Source of the DNA: Euprymna scolopes
Lineage: Eukaryota
Assembly (NCBI GenBank): GCA_053919585.1
Contig: JBSSHM010000258.1
Direction: 5' to 3' (one strand)
DNA: 64,000 bases
Under the pieces are notes generated by a model that ran no database searches, was not told the DNA's origin, and was given only the letters and a program-made list of their open reading frames with translations. The position numbers were made by a program, and so were the translations under genes. Positions 31,161 through 41,581 of the stretch are shown one piece after another. Each line of letters opens with the position of its first letter. The first letter of the stretch is position 1.

Positions 31161-32135
31161 ATGACGGTACTTATTTTTCCTATAATAGCCCTTATTGGAG
31201 GGTTGGTTGTGCTGACGTATAGTGCAGATTATTTCACAGATGGAGCTATTTCTCTTGCGAAAAATCTCAACATATCAACCCTCACTATTGGACTATTTGT
31301 ACTAGGTTTTGGTACATCTGCACCTGAAATGGTTATCTCTGCTCTTTCAAGCTTTGAGGGGTTAAGTGGGTTAGCAGTTGGTAATGTTATTGGATCAAAT
31401 ATTGCCAATGTCGGCTTAGTATTAGGTATTTCTGCTTTAATTTTCCCAATACCCATTAAAAAAAGAACGCTTAAGTTTGAAACTACATTGATGATAATTA
31501 TTTCTATAATTGTTGTCATAGCAATGTTATGGGATAAAAAACTAGATGTAAGCGATGGTTGGTTGTTAGTTTTCTTATTTTTATCAGTTATTGCATTATT
31601 CTATTATCAGTCTATTCGTCGAAAATCAAAAAAATGTGATAATGACAGCTTAATGTTAGATGATGAAATTGATATGTCTTTGCAGAAATCAGTTTTTATT
31701 ACAATTACTTCCTTAGTTTTCCTAGTGCTAAGTGCTCGTATAACGGTATGGGGAGCATCAGGGATAGCTTCATATTTCTCCATTAGTGATACATTTATTG
31801 GTTTAACGATTATTGCTATTGGTACCAGTCTGCCGGAGCTTGCGGCGGCAGTGAGTGCCAGTTTAAAAAAACATTCTGATTTAACCATTGGCAATATTCT
31901 AGGTTCAAATCTTTTCAATCTTCTAGTTGTTTTGCCCTTCCCTGCTTTTGTAAGCGGTTTTCAAATCTCTGAACGTTTTGTCTACTTAGATATACCGGTT
32001 ATGTTAGGATTGTCGTTACTGATTCCAGTTGTGGCATTATTGAATAAGCATATGCAAATTAATCGTATTAGTGGCATGATAATGTTATCTATATATATTG
32101 GTTATATAGGAACACTACTTGCACTAACTTATTAA
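31161..32135 (+). CDS. Ca2+/Na+ antiporter (YrbG/CaCA family)
   Basis: Alpha repeats GTSAPE..GNVIGSN and GTSLPE..GNILGSN. Confidence 0.92.
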   Translation: MTVLIFPIIALIGGLVVLTYSADYFTDGAISLAKNLNISTLTIGLFVLGFGTSAPEMVISALSSFEGLSGLAVGNVIGSNIANVGLVLGISALIFPIPIKKRTLKFETTLMIIISIIVVIAMLWDKKLDVSDGWLLVFLFLSVIALFYYQSIRRKSKKCDNDSLMLDDEIDMSLQKSVFITITSLVFLVLSARITVWGASGIASYFSISDTFIGLTIIAIGTSLPELAAAVSASLKKHSDLTIGNILGSNLFNLLVVLPFPAFVSGFQISERFVYLDIPVMLGLSLLIPVVALLNKHMQINRISGMIMLSIYIGYIGTLLALTY

Positions 32136-32212
32136 CCAAAATCCTTATAATAGAAGTTGTTTATTATGGGTTATCTATATGATCTTTTTCATACTCAATA
32201 ATTAAATGCATA

Positions 32213-32274
32213 AAAACAATATCTTTTTTTTAGATATTGTTTTGAAAATATATCAAATAAATTAGATATTGTTT
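32213..32274. promoter_or_regulatory. 12-bp inverted repeat plus third half-site upstream of prx-cysJIG
   Basis: aaaacaatatct-T7-agatattgtttt, then agatattgttt again at ~32264. Confidence 0.35.
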
Positions 32275-32361
32275 GCTTTATAATTTATTTATAAGTTTGA
32301 TTTCATTGCATTATTGCAAAAATATCAATTTTTATTAACAAACAAAAACAAAAACAAAGAC

Positions 32362-32994
32362 ATGGCAATTCAACTCGGAGACATTGTTCCTGATTTTCAA
32401 CAGGACTCAACACAAGGAACTATTTCATTTCATGAATGGTTAGGCGATAGCTGGGGAGTTTTATTCTCTCATCCAAAAGACTTTACACCAGTTTGCACCA
32501 CGGAATTAGGACGAGCAGCTGCATTAAAAGATGGCTTTGCCAAACGCAATGTAAAAATTATTGGTTTATCTGTTGACGGTTTAGAGAATCATGAAAAGTG
32601 GTTTGAAGATATTAAAGAAACTCAAGGGCAAGAAGTTAATTTTCCTGTGATTGCTGATCATGATAGGAAAGTTTCTGGTCTATACGGCATGATTCACCCT
32701 AATGCCAGTGATACACTCACCGTGCGTTCTGTTTATGTGATTGATCATAATAAAAAGCTTCGATTAACCATTACGTATCCAGCTAGTACCGGACGTAATT
32801 TTGATGAGCTATTACGTGCTATTGATAGCTTACAGCTTACTGATAATTACAAAGTTGCTACCCCTGTTGATTGGAAATCTGGTGATGATGTTATTATCGT
32901 ACCTGCTATTAGCAATGAACAAGCAAAAGAACTTTTTCCTCAAGGATGGGACGAACAAAAACCTTATTTGCGAGTCGTTAAACAACCGGGTTAA
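32362..32994 (+). CDS. 1-Cys peroxiredoxin (Prx6/LsfA-like)
   Basis: FSHPKDFTPVCTTE, YPASTGRNFDE; ATG 32362. Confidence 0.93.
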   Translation: MAIQLGDIVPDFQQDSTQGTISFHEWLGDSWGVLFSHPKDFTPVCTTELGRAAALKDGFAKRNVKIIGLSVDGLENHEKWFEDIKETQGQEVNFPVIADHDRKVSGLYGMIHPNASDTLTVRSVYVIDHNKKLRLTITYPASTGRNFDELLRAIDSLQLTDNYKVATPVDWKSGDDVIIVPAISNEQAKELFPQGWDEQKPYLRVVKQPG

Positions 32995-33017
32995 TATTTT
33001 ATTCATCCCTACATATT

Positions 33018-33051
33018 ATAAAAAGGTCTCTTAATTGGGACCTTTTTATTT
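33018..33051 (+). terminator. Intrinsic terminator after peroxiredoxin
   Basis: ataaaaaggtctc-ttaatt-gggacctttttat. Confidence 0.7.
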
Positions 33052-33080
33052 AGTCATTTGGACTTCCAAAATCTAAAACT

Positions 33081-34844
33081 ATGCGAGATTATACTCAACT
33101 TATACAAGAGATTAAACAATTAGATAGAGATTCACTTCTCCGTCTCAGTGGATTTTTGGATGCATTGCTTGTTGATTCAACCCTAGCATCGATAACTACC
33201 ATACCCGATAGCGCCAACCCAAATGTTAATGAATCAAGCAAGGTTCTTGTTGCCTTTGCTTCACAAAGTGGTAATGCTGAAAATATTGCTTTACAGTTAA
33301 CTGAAAAGCTACAAGCTGCTCCTAACTATGACATTACGTTAACTGATGTTTCCGAGCTAAATATTAAAAAGCTTAACCACTATCATTATATTTTTATTAT
33401 TGCCAGTACACATGGAGAAGGTGAACCACCAGATACCGCTATACAATTTCATGAACAACTTAAATCCAATCGTGCCCCTAAATTAGAAGGAGTTGAATAT
33501 GGAGTTATTGCACTGGGAGATAGTAGCTATGAGCAGTTTTGTTCATTTGGAATATGGATTGATCAGCGTTTATCTGAATTAGGTGCAAAGTCTTTGATTG
33601 AACGACTTGATTGTGATGTAGATTATGATGATACAGTTGAAAAATGGCAGGATAAACTCACAGATGCGTTGTCTACAAGCAACCATATACAATCCCCTAC
33701 TCAAGCGAATAATCAAGTTGCTAAACATACTGGCAACTATACAATTAAAAACCCGTTAGAAGTTGAGGTTATCTCTAACATTGATTTATGTACGGATAAA
33801 GCGAATAAACATGTCCACCATCTAGAATTAGAGCTTCTAAGTGAGGAAATAAGTTATTTACCCGGTGATAGTTTAGGAATTTCAATCAGCAATCCTGAAA
33901 AAATGGTTGATGAATTGATTGCTTTATTAGGTTTGGCTGAAGATGAAGAAGTTGAATTCAATCATAAGAATTATACTCTTAAAGAATGTTTGAATCACGA
34001 TGCTGAATTGTTCAGAATCACACAAAAACAATTAGATTCTTTAGTGAAAAAACATCCAAATAAAGAGCTAAAAAGAGCCATGGATAGCTCTCAAGATATT
34101 TCAGAGTTTATTTTTAGCCAAGATTGGTTAAGCTTACTTAGGCATTATACTAAAAGCCCATTTACACAAGCTCAAGAATTTATTGATTATCTTAATCCTC
34201 AGGGACAAAGATTGTATTCTATTGCTTCAAGCCCTCTTGCTCATGAAGATGAAGTACATCTGTCTATTCGTCTTCGTGAATTTGGTGATGAAAAAAGGTT
34301 GGGGTTGATTTCTGACAAAATAAGCCAAGTTAATGATGGCGATAAAGTAAACGTTTATCTCAAGCCTAATAAAAATTTTCGTTTGCCAAATGATGATTCT
34401 ACACCAATTATTATGATTGGCTCAGGAACTGGCATTGCCCCATTTAGAGCTTTTTTATTTCATCGCTTAGAACTTGGTATCACTTCACCTGCTTGGCTAT
34501 TTTTTGGTGAGCAATCTTTCAGGAATAGCTTCCTCTATCAAACTGACTGGTTAAAGTTAATTGAAAAAAAATCACTTACTGAATTTACTGTTGCCTTTTC
34601 TCGAGAAGAAAAAGAAAAATACTACGTACAAGATAGATTGCGAGAAAATTCTAAAGAAGTCTATCAATGGATCGAACAAGGAGCAATTATCTATGTATGT
34701 GGAAGTGCTGAAGGGATGGCAGCCTCTGTACATAACGCCTTGATTGATATTATCAGTGAACAGTCTGGAGTAAATAATGAAGCAGCAACTCAAAAACTTC
34801 AACAACTCATGATAGAAGGAATGTATAAACGAGATGTTTACTAA
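33081..34844 (+). CDS. cysJ: Sulfite reductase (NADPH) flavoprotein
   Basis: Flavodoxin SQSGNA/STHGEGEPPD, RLYSIASS, GTGIAPFR, YVCG, YKRDVY. Confidence 0.94.
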   Translation: MRDYTQLIQEIKQLDRDSLLRLSGFLDALLVDSTLASITTIPDSANPNVNESSKVLVAFASQSGNAENIALQLTEKLQAAPNYDITLTDVSELNIKKLNHYHYIFIIASTHGEGEPPDTAIQFHEQLKSNRAPKLEGVEYGVIALGDSSYEQFCSFGIWIDQRLSELGAKSLIERLDCDVDYDDTVEKWQDKLTDALSTSNHIQSPTQANNQVAKHTGNYTIKNPLEVEVISNIDLCTDKANKHVHHLELELLSEEISYLPGDSLGISISNPEKMVDELIALLGLAEDEEVEFNHKNYTLKECLNHDAELFRITQKQLDSLVKKHPNKELKRAMDSSQDISEFIFSQDWLSLLRHYTKSPFTQAQEFIDYLNPQGQRLYSIASSPLAHEDEVHLSIRLREFGDEKRLGLISDKISQVNDGDKVNVYLKPNKNFRLPNDDSTPIIMIGSGTGIAPFRAFLFHRLELGITSPAWLFFGEQSFRNSFLYQTDWLKLIEKKSLTEFTVAFSREEKEKYYVQDRLRENSKEVYQWIEQGAIIYVCGSAEGMAASVHNALIDIISEQSGVNNEAATQKLQQLMIEGMYKRDVY

Positions 34845-34855
34845 GAAATAAAAGA

Positions 34856-36601
34856 ATGACTATGACAAACACAAAAAAATCTCCACCAGAGAAAATTCTG
34901 ACATTAAATGAATTAGTAAATAATCCAAGTGCTAATGAGACAATTAAAGATAATAGCAATTATCTTAGAGGAACGATTGCCGAGGATTTAGAAACTAATA
35001 TAACTGCTAATATCAGTGATGATAATTCTCAGCTTACAAAGTTTCATGGCACCTATATACAAGATGATCGTGATGAGAGATTAATACGTCAGAAAAAAAA
35101 GTTAGAGCCTTCATGGTCGTTCATGACTCGAGTTCGTATACCAGGTGGCGTATTAAATGCTGAGCAATGGCAAGCAATGGATGATATTGCTGATATATTT
35201 GCTGGCAGCAAACTTAAGCTAACCACTCGGCAAGCTATTCAATTCCATGGAATTATCAAATTTGAACTAGCTGATTCAATGAAAGCCATTCATCAAGCAA
35301 GTATGGATTCTATTGCTGCTTGCGGTGATGTAAATAGAAATGTCATGTGTTCCCCTATTCCTGTTGGTAACTCCATTCATAATGAAACATTAGAATGGGC
35401 TACTCGTATTAGTGAACATCTTCTTCCCAGTACTAATGCTTGGTTTGATATTTGGATTGATGGTAAAAAAACTCCCACAGAGGGAAATATTGAAAAAGAA
35501 CCCATTTATGGTAAACACTATTTGCCTCGTAAATTCAAAATTGCCATTGCCATTCCGCCACTTAATGATACCGATATATTTTCAAATGATATTGCATTAA
35601 TTGCCATTGAAAAAGATGGAAAATTACTTGGCTTTAATGTTTGTGCTGGAGGTGGTTTGGGGACCACTCATTCTGATGATAGCACCTATCCTCGCTTGGC
35701 TACACCTTTGGGATTTTGCAAAGCAAATGATATTTTAACAGTGTGTGAGCATATTATGACCATTCAGCGTGATTATGGCAATCGCAGTGAAAGAAAAAAT
35801 GCACGTTTAAAATATACTATGGATAGGGTTGGAGTCCAATGGTTTAAAGAAGAGTTAGAAAATCGTTCAAAAATCAAGCTTAGCAGCATCAAACCTTATC
35901 AGTTCACTCACAACGGTGATCCCTATGGTTGGAGTGAAGATGCTAATAAAAAGTCCTATATTGTCCTTTTTATTGAACATGGGCGTGTTTTTGATACGGA
36001 TAAACATAAGCTTAAAACAGCATTGCGTAAAATTGCCAATGAAAAAATTTGTGATTTTCGTTTAACAGGAAATCAAAATCTAGCCCTAGGAAATATAGAA
36101 TCTGCTGATAAAAAGAAAATTGAAAGCATTTTTAAAGAGGCTGGTTATCCTATAGATTGTTCTGATTTTAGTGGAATGCGTAAACATGCAATAGCTTGTG
36201 TTGCTCTACCCACTTGTGCACTTGCCATGGCAGAGGCACAACGCTATTTACCAGACTTAGTTGGAAAAATCGAACCTATTTTACAACGCAATAATTTATT
36301 TAATGACGACATCAATATTCGTATGACAGGATGCCCAAATGGGTGTGGTCGTCCATGGTTAGGAGAAATCGGTTTTATTGGCAAATCACCCGGGCGATAT
36401 AATATGTATCTTGGTGCAGCTTTTGATGGTACTCGTTTAAATGCTTTATATAAAGAGAATTTAAATGAAGCAAGCATCTTAGAAGAATTAGAAACAATGA
36501 TTTGTGACTATGCAAAGAAACGTAAAAAAAATGAGAAATTTGGTGATTTTGTTATTCGTTCGGGAATAATAAAGGAATTTAAAGCCCCCGTCTCCCTTTA
36601 A
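34856..36601 (+). CDS. cysI: Sulfite reductase hemoprotein
   Basis: KFHGTYIQDDRD, ACGDVNRN, YLPRKFK, ACVALPTC, TGCPNGC. Confidence 0.96.
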   Translation: MTMTNTKKSPPEKILTLNELVNNPSANETIKDNSNYLRGTIAEDLETNITANISDDNSQLTKFHGTYIQDDRDERLIRQKKKLEPSWSFMTRVRIPGGVLNAEQWQAMDDIADIFAGSKLKLTTRQAIQFHGIIKFELADSMKAIHQASMDSIAACGDVNRNVMCSPIPVGNSIHNETLEWATRISEHLLPSTNAWFDIWIDGKKTPTEGNIEKEPIYGKHYLPRKFKIAIAIPPLNDTDIFSNDIALIAIEKDGKLLGFNVCAGGGLGTTHSDDSTYPRLATPLGFCKANDILTVCEHIMTIQRDYGNRSERKNARLKYTMDRVGVQWFKEELENRSKIKLSSIKPYQFTHNGDPYGWSEDANKKSYIVLFIEHGRVFDTDKHKLKTALRKIANEKICDFRLTGNQNLALGNIESADKKKIESIFKEAGYPIDCSDFSGMRKHAIACVALPTCALAMAEAQRYLPDLVGKIEPILQRNNLFNDDINIRMTGCPNGCGRPWLGEIGFIGKSPGRYNMYLGAAFDGTRLNALYKENLNEASILEELETMICDYAKKRKKNEKFGDFVIRSGIIKEFKAPVSL

Positions 36602-36630
36602 TGCTAAATTCAAAGAAAGCTTAAATTCGT

Positions 36631-38088
36631 GTGTCTTATTTTCCTTTCTTTTTTGATCTCAAAAAGTTTCGCATTCTCGTTATTGGTGGTGGAGATATTG
36701 CATTAAATAAAATTCGACTACTTTCATCTTACCAAGCTAATATCACGGTTATTGGCTTAGAAATTAAAGAAGAGATTCGGCAAAGATTACAAGCAAATCA
36801 GTATTCACAAATCCACCAGCGAGCATTTGATACTACTGATTTAGATGATGCTGATGTTGTTATAGTTGCCACTAATAACCAAGAGTTAAATACACAAGTT
36901 TGGAAGCTTGCTAAAGAAAAAAATAAAATCGTTAATGTGGTTGATGATAAAGATAAATGCGATTTTATCTTCCCTGGAATTGTCAACAGAGGAGAATTGA
37001 CTATTGCTATCAGCACCTCTGGTGTGGCTCCTACTATTGCTAGTTGGTTTCGTGGAAAATTAGAAAGTGAAATACCGCAATCTTGGTCTGCTATTCTGCA
37101 ATCACTTAAAAAACAGCAAAAAAATATCCGCAAAAACCTTCCTGATATTCGTCATAGAAGGCGATTTTACAGAAGTTTACTTGAAAATATTCTTCCACGC
37201 TTTCTAAAACAGCAACGCCCATCTCATGAAAATATAACTGAAAAAATAAGCAAACCGAGTTCATTTAATATTGAAGAAATTGAACACCATATCCTGCAAC
37301 ATCTCTCCTCCCATAATAATACGAGTAATTCTGAAAATTATTCATCGATTAAACAAGCTAAAGTTTATCTAGTTGGTGCAGGTCCAGGAGATCCTGAGTT
37401 GCTGACATTACGTGCCTTACAAACCATTCAACAAGCAGATGTCATACTCTATGATCGACTAATTAGCAATGAGTTATTAGACTATAGTCGCCGTGATGCA
37501 GAAAAAATATTTGTTGGTAAACAAGCAAAAAATCACAGCAAAACTCAACAAGAAATTAATCAATTACTTATCAATTTAGCGAAAAAAGGTAATGTCATTG
37601 TTCGACTTAAAGGTGGCGATCCCTTTATTTTTGGTCGTGGTGGTGAAGAAATGGATATACTGCAAAAAAATAATATTGATGTGGAGATTGTCCCTGGAAT
37701 TAGTGCTGTAAACGGTATTGCTGCTGATCTTGGCATTCCACTAACTCTTAGAGGAATCTCTGATAAACTACTACTAACCAGCATTTATGCTACACAACCT
37801 CATCCAGTAAATTGGCAACAACTCACTCTACCACGCCAAACCCTAGCTCTGTACATGGGTTTGCAAAACCTCTCTGAAATCAGCACGCAACTTATTGCTC
37901 ATGGTCTACAGGCAAACACTCCCATTGCTCTAATAGAAAAAGGAACCTTTCTTAATCAAAAAGCACACTACAGCACTTTACAATACACTCGGTCAGAAAC
38001 CTATGTGCAACAAACTGGATTCCAATCTCCTGTGCTAAGTATTATTGGTGAAGTGGTTAATCATCGTAAAAAAATTTACAAAGATTAA
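36631..38088 (+). CDS. cysG: Siroheme synthase
   Basis: VIGGGDIA N-domain; LVGAGPGDPELLT, RLKGGDPFIFGRGGEE. Confidence 0.95.
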   Translation: MSYFPFFFDLKKFRILVIGGGDIALNKIRLLSSYQANITVIGLEIKEEIRQRLQANQYSQIHQRAFDTTDLDDADVVIVATNNQELNTQVWKLAKEKNKIVNVVDDKDKCDFIFPGIVNRGELTIAISTSGVAPTIASWFRGKLESEIPQSWSAILQSLKKQQKNIRKNLPDIRHRRRFYRSLLENILPRFLKQQRPSHENITEKISKPSSFNIEEIEHHILQHLSSHNNTSNSENYSSIKQAKVYLVGAGPGDPELLTLRALQTIQQADVILYDRLISNELLDYSRRDAEKIFVGKQAKNHSKTQQEINQLLINLAKKGNVIVRLKGGDPFIFGRGGEEMDILQKNNIDVEIVPGISAVNGIAADLGIPLTLRGISDKLLLTSIYATQPHPVNWQQLTLPRQTLALYMGLQNLSEISTQLIAHGLQANTPIALIEKGTFLNQKAHYSTLQYTRSETYVQQTGFQSPVLSIIGEVVNHRKKIYKD

Positions 38089-38870
38089 TAATTGGATAAC
38101 TTTTGATTAAGTTCTACCAATTTAGCTGCTAAACTACTGTGAGTAGCTTTCGATATAATATGCAGATTGTTAAACTCATGCTGATGGGCATAATGAGCAA
38201 TTCGCTCACTAAAACATACGATGTAATCATTTTTCTCGGCTAGTTTAGTCTGTACAAGTTGCTGGACAATTGACTGACTGGTTGCCGTAATAATAATGGG
38301 TTCTTTCTTTTTTCGATAACACTCAATAAGTTGTTTATCTGAATTAGCAAGTGTAATATTTTTTTGTTGGTAAATCGGCAACTTTATTACTTTAAATCCT
38401 CTATCAGTCAATGTTTTTGCCAGCAGTTCCCTCCCATCTAAAACAGACCATAACAAACAATGGCTAGCTTTATGATTGTTTTTTTCCTGTAAGGAGTCCA
38501 GCAATAGCAGTGATTCACTATTATGAGGGGGAGGTGCAGTTTGTATAGAAGAAAAAGCATGCTTTTTTAATATTTTCTCTGTTTTTGGACCGACAGCATA
38601 TACCATACTTTCACCTTGAGGACAATGAATGCTAGGGAAGTATTGATACAAGTATGACAGTGAAAATTCCACTGCATTAGCACTTAAAAAAATATGACTA
38701 AAAGAATTTTCAACAGATAGCGAGAGCTCTGCTAACTTTTGTTTAACCTGTCTAGATAAATCTAATGAGGTCAATTCAATTAATGGTAAAGTCAGATAAG
38801 CTATACCCTGTTCTTCAAGTGCAGAAATCAGAGGTTTTGCAGAAAGTATAGGACGTGTAATAATGATCAA
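38085..38870 (-). CDS. hemD: Uroporphyrinogen-III synthase
   Basis: IITRP, FLSANAV, AVGPKT, GRELL; downstream of hemC. Confidence 0.88.
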   Translation of the reverse strand: MIIITRPILSAKPLISALEEQGIAYLTLPLIELTSLDLSRQVKQKLAELSLSVENSFSHIFLSANAVEFSLSYLYQYFPSIHCPQGESMVYAVGPKTEKILKKHAFSSIQTAPPPHNSESLLLLDSLQEKNNHKASHCLLWSVLDGRELLAKTLTDRGFKVIKLPIYQQKNITLANSDKQLIECYRKKKEPIIITATSQSIVQQLVQTKLAEKNDYIVCFSERIAHYAHQHEFNNLHIISKATHSSLAAKLVELNQKLSNY

Positions 38871-38942
38871 TATAAAAGCAAATTTTGTGCAATACTTTAA
38901 AAAAATTATTACTTTGAATGGTTTATATTATCAGTATGCTAA

Positions 38943-39869
38943 TTATTGCTTAACATTACTCTCCATATTTATCAGAGATAATGCCCCCTCATCAATCATT
39001 TTTTTAGACAATTCCTCTGCAAGAGCAAGATGATGTGAAACATCCCCCCTTATATTATGTGCTATTTTTTGCCTACCTTGTGGATCGGTTACCACAGCAC
39101 GCATCATTATCTGATTATCATTTTCCTCTAATGTGGCAAAGCATGCTACGGGAGAATGACAGTTTCCACCAAGGTAACCATTAAATGTCCTTTCTGCTTC
39201 AACACAAATGCGGGTTGGTTGGTGATTCAACTGTTGTAGAATTTCAACAATCCTATCATTTTTTTGTAAACATTCAATTCCAATGGCACCTTGTCCAATA
39301 GCTGGTAGGCAAATTTTTTCCGATAAAACTTGTTTTACATAATTGCCCATTTGCATGCGATCAATACCAGCCTTAGCAAGAATAATGGCATCATATTCTC
39401 CCTGCATGCACTTATTAATTCTTGTATTAATATTACCACGTAACAGCTTAATAGTAAAATTTGGATAGCGATATAACAATTGTCCACTTCTTCTAAAGCT
39501 TGATGTACCAATTACTCCTCTTTCAGGCAAATCATCTAAAGAGTTATATTTTTTAGATATTAACACATCATAAGGAGAATCTCTTTCTAATATAGCCGGA
39601 AGAAGAAAATCAGTATTTTGTTCAACTGGAACATCTTTCATTGAATGCACAGCAATATCTGCCTCATTGTTCTTTAAGGCTTTTTGAATATCTTTAATAA
39701 AAAGCCCCTTTCCTCCTTTCCAAGCTAAACTTGTTTCTAATTTTTTATCTCCCTCAGTAATATATGGAACAATTGTAGTATCTTGGTTGCAATATTCTTG
39801 CAATTGTTTGGCAACAAATTCTGCTTGCCATATCGCTAATGGACTGTTACGTGTTCCAATTCTAATCAT
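38943..39869 (-). CDS. hemC: Hydroxymethylbilane synthase
   Basis: RIGTRNSPLAIWQ, AVHSMKDVP, GTSSFRR, RGNINTR. Confidence 0.96.
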   Translation of the reverse strand: MIRIGTRNSPLAIWQAEFVAKQLQEYCNQDTTIVPYITEGDKKLETSLAWKGGKGLFIKDIQKALKNNEADIAVHSMKDVPVEQNTDFLLPAILERDSPYDVLISKKYNSLDDLPERGVIGTSSFRRSGQLLYRYPNFTIKLLRGNINTRINKCMQGEYDAIILAKAGIDRMQMGNYVKQVLSEKICLPAIGQGAIGIECLQKNDRIVEILQQLNHQPTRICVEAERTFNGYLGGNCHSPVACFATLEENDNQIMMRAVVTDPQGRQKIAHNIRGDVSHHLALAEELSKKMIDEGALSLINMESNVKQ

Positions 39870-39886
39870 ATTATTTACAAGTATAT

Positions 39887-39923
39887 AAAAAAACTCCCCT
39901 TAACTTATGATTAAGAGGAGTTT
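39887..39923 (-). terminator. Intrinsic terminator between OMP gene and hemC
   Basis: Minus strand aaactcctcttaa-tcataag-ttaaggggagttt followed by T run. Confidence 0.65.
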
Positions 39924-39958
39924 CAAGGAGGATAGACGAATGAATTTATTTACTCTTC

Positions 39959-40633
39959 TTAAAAACCAAGTCGAATGCCAATGCTAAATGTATCAAAAAC
40001 ATTAACTTCTTTATTAACGTCACCTAATTTGCCAGAAAGTTGATCATATGAGATATAAATCTCACTTGTTGCAACAATTGGAAATGCTACTTTTATTCCT
40101 TTCATAACCATTCCTTTGAAATCGCCAAAACTCATCACTTCTGGTGATTGATAATAGTAAAGATTACTATCTAGCCTAATTCCCTCTGCCACTCGTACAA
40201 TAAAACTAAGATCAGCACCTATTGAAACATCAAGTAGCGAAGAGGTCTTATTGTATTTTTGAGAACCAGATTGACTATACGTATATTCTGCTTGTCCTAT
40301 AGTGGGTCGAATTCCTATCGCAACAGCCATAAGCTTGTTTTCTAAAACAAATCTCCCTACTGAACCCAGAACATCTAAAATCACTGCTTCATTTTTTGAT
40401 TCATAATGTAGTGCAATGCGAGAACTTACAAACCCTTCTTCAGGATTTTCTCTAATATCTTCTCCATCAAAACCAGAAAGGCTGTATATTGCACCTAAGA
40501 TATAAGTATTTGAAAGCCCTAATTGGACTCCTCCACCAGCATAAACAGAACCTCCATAAATCATTAATACGGAGAATAGAAAACCTAGAAATCTTGATAA
40601 AATGATGTTCTTGCTTGATTGTTTATATTTCAT
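39959..40633 (-). CDS. YfaZ-like outer membrane beta-barrel protein
   Basis: Signal peptide, YYQSPEVMSFGD, C-terminal IGIRLGF. Confidence 0.6.
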   Translation of the reverse strand: MKYKQSSKNIILSRFLGFLFSVLMIYGGSVYAGGGVQLGLSNTYILGAIYSLSGFDGEDIRENPEEGFVSSRIALHYESKNEAVILDVLGSVGRFVLENKLMAVAIGIRPTIGQAEYTYSQSGSQKYNKTSSLLDVSIGADLSFIVRVAEGIRLDSNLYYYQSPEVMSFGDFKGMVMKGIKVAFPIVATSEIYISYDQLSGKLGDVNKEVNVFDTFSIGIRLGF

Positions 40634-40997
40634 TGTGAGTTTATGGGTTTTATAAATATAAATTTGCTCGTTGGAACAAGCATATTAAATATAATTATGC
40701 TTAATTAACAACACCTTGTATAATTATTATACCGTTTATAAGCATTTGTTAACAAAAAACTTTAATTTTTTATTAACAATCATTTTTCAATGTTATTAAA
40801 TAACTATAAAAACACAAACAAATTATATTAATCAAATATAGATATAGAGAAAAAATTATTGATCTGGTAACTTAATGGAAAAGATAAAGAGAGTGGCATG
40901 GATGATTTAGGGCATATCGGACAACAACATGCTTTAAAATATATAAGAGTTGAATGACTTTACCTAGTAATACTATCCGATTATTCATAAATAACAG

Positions 40998-41573
40998 ATG
41001 AGCTTAACAAACAATAAAACCTCGCAAGAAGAATCCCCTATCAACACAAATATAGAGCAAGAAAATCTTGAAGATTTGCAAGAAATTTGTGAACCAGAAA
41101 CAAATGAAACAGGTACAGCAAAAGAGCAAGTTCAAATCATAAAGTTGGAAAAAGAACTAGCAGAAGAAAAAGATAAAACTATTCGGGCTTTGGCTGAAAT
41201 TGAAAACACTAAAAGACGATTGCAAAAAGATTTAGAAAATGCTCATAAATTTGCCGTTGAAAATTTAGTAAAGGATTTGGTTTCTGTGCTAGATAGTTTT
41301 GATGGTGCTAAACAATCTATCCCAGAAGAAAACAAAGCATATTTACAAGGAATTTTGATGATTGAGGATAGTTTTATACAAGTATTAAGCAAACATGGAG
41401 TGGAAGTTATTCATCCTAATAAAGGTGAAGAATTTGAACCTGAGAAGCATCAAGCTATGACTATGCAAGAAAATGTTGAGCTTTCTCCTAATCAAATTAT
41501 TGAAGTATTTCAACGTGGCTTTTCCATTAAAAGGCGTTTGATTCGTCCAGCAATGGTAATTGTCTCATCATAA
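40998..41573 (+). CDS. grpE: Nucleotide exchange factor GrpE
   Basis: RALAEIENTKRR, FEPEKHQAM, QRGF..RLIRPAMV. Confidence 0.95.
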   Translation: MSLTNNKTSQEESPINTNIEQENLEDLQEICEPETNETGTAKEQVQIIKLEKELAEEKDKTIRALAEIENTKRRLQKDLENAHKFAVENLVKDLVSVLDSFDGAKQSIPEENKAYLQGILMIEDSFIQVLSKHGVEVIHPNKGEEFEPEKHQAMTMQENVELSPNQIIEVFQRGFSIKRRLIRPAMVIVSS

Positions 41574-41581
41574 ATTTCCTT

